Of a stretch of DNA of 64,000 nt, positions 59,423-64,000 are shown piece by piece. How positions within the stretch are numbered: the first letter of the stretch is position 1; the number at the start of each line of letters is the position of its first letter. The stretch spans positions 2,624,001-2,688,000 of the forward strand of contig OY782041.1 of NCBI GenBank assembly GCA_963677595.1. The letters run 5' to 3'. The position numbers were made by a program, and so were the translations under genes. The notes under the pieces are model-generated. The model had not been told where the DNA came from, searched no databases, and was given only the letters and a program-made list of their open reading frames with translations. Source of the stretch: Spirochaetia bacterium (GTDB lineage: Bacteria; Spirochaetota; Spirochaetia; CAKZLE01).

Positions 59423-59496
59423 TGGGCCCACCAGGACTTGAACCTGGGACCCACGGATTATGAGTCCGTTGCTCTAACCAACTGAGCTATAGGCCC
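59423..59496 (-). tRNA. tRNA with CAT anticodon, probably tRNA-Ile2 (lysidine)
   Basis: GGGCCTATAGCTCAGTTGGTTAGAGCAACGGACTCATAATCCGTGGGTCCCAGGTTCAAGTCCTGGTGGGCCCA. Position 1:72 is paired and the three G-C pairs of the initiator anticodon stem are absent. CCA is not encoded. Elongator Met is not fully excluded. Confidence 0.92.
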
Positions 59497-59673
59497 GTGA
59501 GATGTATCATATTGAAAACTGGTGATTCATGTCAAGTATGACAGGTCCATGAATCTTGTGAGGGTGTAATAAAATACGCAAATAATCCTTTTACTCGAAG
59601 ATAGGGTAGGCTATACTTATCACTACATAGAGTTGGATAAGAATAGAGACTATCAAGTCCTTGGGAGGAATAC

Positions 59674-60840
59674 ATGATGAAGAGACTACTACTGATAACC
59701 ATGATGATCTGTGTGATCGGGATACCGGCAGTGACTGCTGAGGGGACGGGGTTTGTCCTTGACTCCTTCGATATCAACAATGATGTGCTCGGCGGGGCCC
59801 TGCCGACCTACCTCACCTCAGGTTCACGATTCTCGCTCCCGTCGCTCATCGACGGGAACAACACCGACCTGCTCTTCATCACCGGGGGCGGGTATACCCA
59901 GAGACAGGTGTGGCGGGAGGCAGACGGTACGGTCCTTGACGTCAATATCTATCCGACTGCAGTTGATGCCCTGGATGATGTTGACAACCGTAAGTTCAAT
60001 GCGATCACCGGTGAATGGAAGCTCCTCTTCAACCAGGGGATCTTCTGGAACGATGCCACCGATGATGACCTGATGACCCTGGAGGTCGGCTACAAGGGAC
60101 GGTTCGAACGGTACCAGGAGAATGTGGGGGACTTGACAGGCAATACCTATTTCTTCGATCCTGCCTCAACGGTCTATACCGAATCCGAGCATGAGCTTCT
60201 CTCCAACACCCTGACCGCAGGCTTCACCCTCGATGCTGTGGTGAGCGACATGGTCACTGCCAGCGGGGTAGGAGTGGAGATCTCCGCAGATTACGCCCCG
60301 CTGTGGATGCTCAATGAACTTCTCGATACTGGCAAGGGCGTGGACTACTACAGCGTCTATGCCAACATCGAGGGGTACCTGCCGCTGATGCAGATCCTCA
60401 CCAAGGACGAGTCGAAGAACCTCTTCGCCATGTACTTAGCTGACCGGATCCGTGTCGACTACATCGACGGGGACGCAGTCCCGGTCTATGCACAGAAGTA
60501 CCCGTCCCTCGGCTACAAGATGAGGGGTTTCGAGGACTATAGCTATGCGACCAATTTCAATGCTGTGAATAACTTTGACTTCCGGATGACCGGGCCTGAG
60601 CTGATCGAGGGACTCTTCCCGAGACTCAACGTCTTCTGTGATGTCGGTTATTATATGGGACACTACCTGAATGATCTCCTGAACACAGACGAGGGACTCC
60701 TGATCTCAGCAGGCGGCGAGTTCGCCATCTCGGTCTTCGATTTCCTCAATGCTGGTATCCGTGCAAACTATGTCTTCAGCGGCGACCCGCTGACGCAGTC
60801 ACCGTTCAGCACCGATATCTTCACTGCCCTCAAATTCTGA
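59674..60840 (+). CDS. Putative outer-membrane beta-barrel (Omp85-like motifs, no POTRA)
   Basis: Signal peptide, alternating beta-strand pattern, MRGF and FCDVG motifs, terminal Phe (ALKF). Confidence 0.6.
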   Translation: MMKRLLLITMMICVIGIPAVTAEGTGFVLDSFDINNDVLGGALPTYLTSGSRFSLPSLIDGNNTDLLFITGGGYTQRQVWREADGTVLDVNIYPTAVDALDDVDNRKFNAITGEWKLLFNQGIFWNDATDDDLMTLEVGYKGRFERYQENVGDLTGNTYFFDPASTVYTESEHELLSNTLTAGFTLDAVVSDMVTASGVGVEISADYAPLWMLNELLDTGKGVDYYSVYANIEGYLPLMQILTKDESKNLFAMYLADRIRVDYIDGDAVPVYAQKYPSLGYKMRGFEDYSYATNFNAVNNFDFRMTGPELIEGLFPRLNVFCDVGYYMGHYLNDLLNTDEGLLISAGGEFAISVFDFLNAGIRANYVFSGDPLTQSPFSTDIFTALKF

Positions 60841-60860
60841 TAAGCCGTTATCATCATATG

Positions 60861-60888
60861 GAACAGGCCCCTCTTGCGGGGCCTGTTC
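60861..60888. terminator. Hairpin between convergent genes
   Basis: GAACAGGCCCC-TCTTGC-GGGGCCTGTTC. Confidence 0.75.
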
Positions 60889-60890
60889 TG

Positions 60891-61538
60891 TTAGTCCCTG
60901 CTGTCGGGGTAGGTGACGGTCTTCTCGAAGCCGAGGTCCGCAAGGAGCTTCTCGGTGGAATCCCGCTCATCCTGCGGTACCCACCTGACGGAGATTCGAA
61001 TGAGCCTGCTCTCCGTGATCTCGGCAAAGGGCTGCAGGTCCTTCTCCTGCAGGCGGCTGTAGACCTTCATAGCCGTCTCTACCGATGAGTATGCCCCGAT
61101 CTGTATCCTGACCAGTTCTGCATCCTCAGCCCGGTCGTAGGCGGATTCAGGGCTCTCGGGCCTGAAGAGGACTTCGAGGGTCACCTCCGAGATCCCGTCC
61201 TCTACCATGTCGATCGCTTCAGCGGCTGCCATGGAGAGGTCGATGATTCGCTCCCCCACATAGGGGCCCCGGTCATTGATCCGGACTTCCACCTGCAGTC
61301 CATTCTTCAGGTTCGTCACCCTGACGACCGTCCCGAAGGGCAGCTCCTTATGGGCTGCCGAGATCGTATGGGTATCGAAGACCTCCCCGTTAGCCGTGAG
61401 CTTCCCCTGGAACTCACCGGCATACCAGGAGGCGATCCCCTGCTGGTAGATCTCTGCTCCCACCGCCGAGGCAGCGAGACACGGGAAGAGGAGAAGGATA
61501 CATAGGGAGATGATCATGCTGTTGGCTTTCCTGTTCAT
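60891..61538 (-). CDS. rlpA: RlpA-family septal lytic transglycosylase with SPOR domain
   Basis: GIASWY..F.GKLTANGE, AAHKELPFGT, VRINDRGPY, RIIDLS; IQIGAY. Confidence 0.9.
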   Translation of the reverse strand: MNRKANSMIISLCILLLFPCLAASAVGAEIYQQGIASWYAGEFQGKLTANGEVFDTHTISAAHKELPFGTVVRVTNLKNGLQVEVRINDRGPYVGERIIDLSMAAAEAIDMVEDGISEVTLEVLFRPESPESAYDRAEDAELVRIQIGAYSSVETAMKVYSRLQEKDLQPFAEITESRLIRISVRWVPQDERDSTEKLLADLGFEKTVTYPDSRD

Positions 61539-61630
61539 GGATGCAATAGTATCCGCTGTAGAGAATAAAATCAAACGAATACTGATGATGATGTTGCGCA
61601 AATCCTTACACCTCAGTATAATCCGGCAGT

Positions 61631-63217
61631 ATGAGTGATAAGAGCAACCAACCAAGATCAGTACACTGGGCGGATATAAACGCCGACAAGATTATCAGGG
61701 AGCGACGCGGGAAGGACCACTTCACCTGCGCCTCCGGGGTGACCCCATCGGGGACCGTCCATATCGGGAACTTCAGGGAGATCATCTCCGTGGAGCTGGT
61801 CGCACGGGCCCTGAAGGAAAAGGGAGAGAACGTCAGGTTCATCTTCTCCTGGGACGACTATGACGTCTTCAGGAAGGTCCCGAAGAACATGCCTGAACCG
61901 GAGCTGCTGGAGACCTATCTCCGCAAGCCGATCACCATGGTTCCCGATACCCGCGGGGAATTCGAGAGCTATGCCGAGTATAATGAGAAAGAACTCGAGG
62001 GACTCCTCCATATCGTGGGGGTGCATCCGGAATATATCTACCAGGCCTCCAGGTACCAGGCATCGGACTATGCTGCCGGGATCAGGACCGCGCTTGAGAA
62101 GAAGGATGAGATCAGGGCCTGCCTCGATGAGCACCGGACGAACCCGCTGCCCGAGGACTGGTGGCCGGTCTCGGTCTTCAGCTCCTTCACCCAGAAGGAT
62201 ACCACGACCATCCTCGGGTGGGACGGGGAGTGGGGAGTGACCTACCGCTGTGATGAGACCGGGAACGAGGAGACCGTGGACCTTCGGGAGACCTCGATCG
62301 TGAAGCTCCCGTGGCGTGTGGACTGGCCGATGCGCTGGGCCTTAGAGGGCGTGGACTTCGAGCCCGCAGGGAAGGACCACCATTCAGAGGGCGGTTCCTT
62401 CGATACCTCGAAGAACGTCGTGAAGGTCTTCGGCGGCGAAGCCCCGGTGACCTTCCAGTACGACTTCATCAGGATCAAGGGCCGCGGCGGCAAGATCTCC
62501 TCATCTTCAGGGGAGGTCATCAGCCTCCGCGACGTGCTCGAGATCTACCAGCCGGAGATCATCAGGTACCTCTTCGTCAGCACCAGGCCGAACACCGAGT
62601 TCGCCATCTCGTTCGACCTCGATGTCCTCAAGATCTACGAGGACTACGATAAGTGCGAGCGGGTATACTACGGCCTGCAGTCGATGAACGAGAAGAAGAA
62701 GGCGAAGGAAGTCCGTAACTATGAGCTCTCCCAGGTCGGGGAGGTCCCTGAGGAGATCCCCTACCAGATCCAGATCAGGCACCTGTGCAACATCCTCCAG
62801 AGTAACGAAGGCGATATCGAGGCCGTGATCGCCTCCTTGCCGGATGTGAAGGAGGCACAGGTCCCGAGACTGCGGAACCGATGCGAATGCGCATGGAACT
62901 GGGTGAGGAACTTCGCACCCGAGGACTTCCGCTTCTCACTCAACAAGCCCGGGACCGTGAGCCTCGAGATGAGTGATGCCGAGCATGCGGCAGTCGCGGG
63001 TCTGGCGGAAGAGGTGAAGAAGATCGATTCCCATGATGAGAAAAGCATGGCGGAGGCGATCTATGAGGTCGCCCATGCCAATGAGGTCGAGCCGACCGAG
63101 CTCTTCCGGATCGCCTACCAGCTCCTCATCAGCAAGGAGAAGGGGCCTCGGCTCGCAGGCTTCATCATGCTCTGCGGCAAGGAGAAGGTACTTCCCATTC
63201 TGGAAGCTTCCCTATAG
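61631..63217 (+). CDS. lysS: Lysine--tRNA ligase, class I
   Basis: HWAD, SGVTPSGTVHIGNFRE, KLPWRVDWPMRW, EPAGKDH, KISSSSG, GPRL. Confidence 0.96.
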   Translation: MSDKSNQPRSVHWADINADKIIRERRGKDHFTCASGVTPSGTVHIGNFREIISVELVARALKEKGENVRFIFSWDDYDVFRKVPKNMPEPELLETYLRKPITMVPDTRGEFESYAEYNEKELEGLLHIVGVHPEYIYQASRYQASDYAAGIRTALEKKDEIRACLDEHRTNPLPEDWWPVSVFSSFTQKDTTTILGWDGEWGVTYRCDETGNEETVDLRETSIVKLPWRVDWPMRWALEGVDFEPAGKDHHSEGGSFDTSKNVVKVFGGEAPVTFQYDFIRIKGRGGKISSSSGEVISLRDVLEIYQPEIIRYLFVSTRPNTEFAISFDLDVLKIYEDYDKCERVYYGLQSMNEKKKAKEVRNYELSQVGEVPEEIPYQIQIRHLCNILQSNEGDIEAVIASLPDVKEAQVPRLRNRCECAWNWVRNFAPEDFRFSLNKPGTVSLEMSDAEHAAVAGLAEEVKKIDSHDEKSMAEAIYEVAHANEVEPTELFRIAYQLLISKEKGPRLAGFIMLCGKEKVLPILEASL

Positions 63218-63308
63218 AATAGCGAATGGTACCCATGACGTCTCTTGTCGTGTGTATGTGTGTATATTGTGAGCAGGGAGGGGCTGTCAGTCATCCCTGC
63301 TCACGTTT

Positions 63309-64000
63309 TTATCTGCCCATCATCCCTGAATAGACATCAGTTGAATAGATGAACTCGACCGTGCCATCCTGCTGGTACTGCCTGAACAGCCCTTCCAGTG
63401 CGGACTTGAACGCTTTATACCCTGACTGCGTCGGTGCAGGGGTATAGGACGAGGAGAAGACCCTCCCAAGGAATCCCCCCAGGCTAAAGCGCTGGCTGTT
63501 CGGGAAGGAGGCCTTATCGTACCCGTTCCCCAGGAAGTCCTGGATCTCATCATCGGTTATCTTTTGGTGGTTTGCCGTCGTGTAATCGGGACAATGGCCC
63601 TTGAGCAGCTGGTCGTAATCCTGCATGAACGAGGAGTCTCTCACTCTCCGATTCCAGATGAGGAATACCAATCCCCCTGGTTTCAGGATACGTGTAAACT
63701 CAAGCTTGCAGGCCTCACGGTCGAACCAGTGGAAGGACTGTGCCGCGGTGATGAGATCGAGCGAGCTGTCGGGTAATGTGGTCCTCTCCGCTGGTGCGGC
63801 TACTGAATGGAAGCGGGGTTCTTTCCCCAGCACCGATTCCGCATACCCACGCATCTCGTCATTAGGTTCCAGGGCAAAGACCTCTACACCCTTGGCGAGG
63901 AGCAGCGAGGTAAGGATCCCCGTCCCTGATCCTGCATCACACAGGCTGAGAGTCCTCTCTTTCCCGGAATCCAGGATGTACCCGATTGCCTCATCCGGAT
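63309..64000 (-). CDS. Class I SAM-dependent methyltransferase (5' end outside the window)
   Basis: Frame open to the edge: DAGSGTGILT, LEPNDEM, DLITAAQSFHWFD, ILKPGG. Confidence 0.9.
   Translation of the reverse strand, partial: PDEAIGYILDSGKERTLSLCDAGSGTGILTSLLLAKGVEVFALEPNDEMRGYAESVLGKEPRFHSVAAPAERTTLPDSSLDLITAAQSFHWFDREACKLEFTRILKPGGLVFLIWNRRVRDSSFMQDYDQLLKGHCPDYTTANHQKITDDEIQDFLGNGYDKASFPNSQRFSLGGFLGRVFSSSYTPAPTQSGYKAFKSALEGLFRQYQQDGTVEFIYSTDVYSGMMGR

Overview
GC-rich bacterial chromosomal segment, most likely from a free-living spirochaete. Supporting signs are a class I LysRS, Cys-less 'AGG/AQG' solute-binding-protein leaders and a spirochaetal-type lipobox. The backbone is metabolic: a pentose kinase, a sulfonate/nitrate-type ABC importer, two sugar ABC loci (one with a YesM/YesN-like two-component system, one ROK-controlled with GH2/GH9/GH20), a GH3, ArsM, RlpA, LysRS and tRNA(CAT). 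AT-richer accessory patches interrupt it: an IS1634 element with a passenger gene, AbiE-type and PIN toxin-antitoxin modules (several with the toxin disabled), two AAA ATPases and a pRiA4b-ORF3-like gene next to the tRNA. Four observations stand out. (1) A tungsten-type aldehyde oxidoreductase is fused to two tandem SCP2 lipid/sterol-carrier domains, in an SDR-AOR-MoaD-radical SAM operon. (2) A SWIM-SNF2 helicase is followed by two divergent SEC-C-tailed genes built as cassettes with conserved flanks, including an orphan copy of the helicase 3' end. (3) A mirror-symmetric bidirectional promoter lies inside the IS1634 element. (4) Two orphan antitoxins still carry the first 2-4 codons of an apparently amputated toxin gene. 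All family calls come from recognising motifs by eye; no database searches were run.
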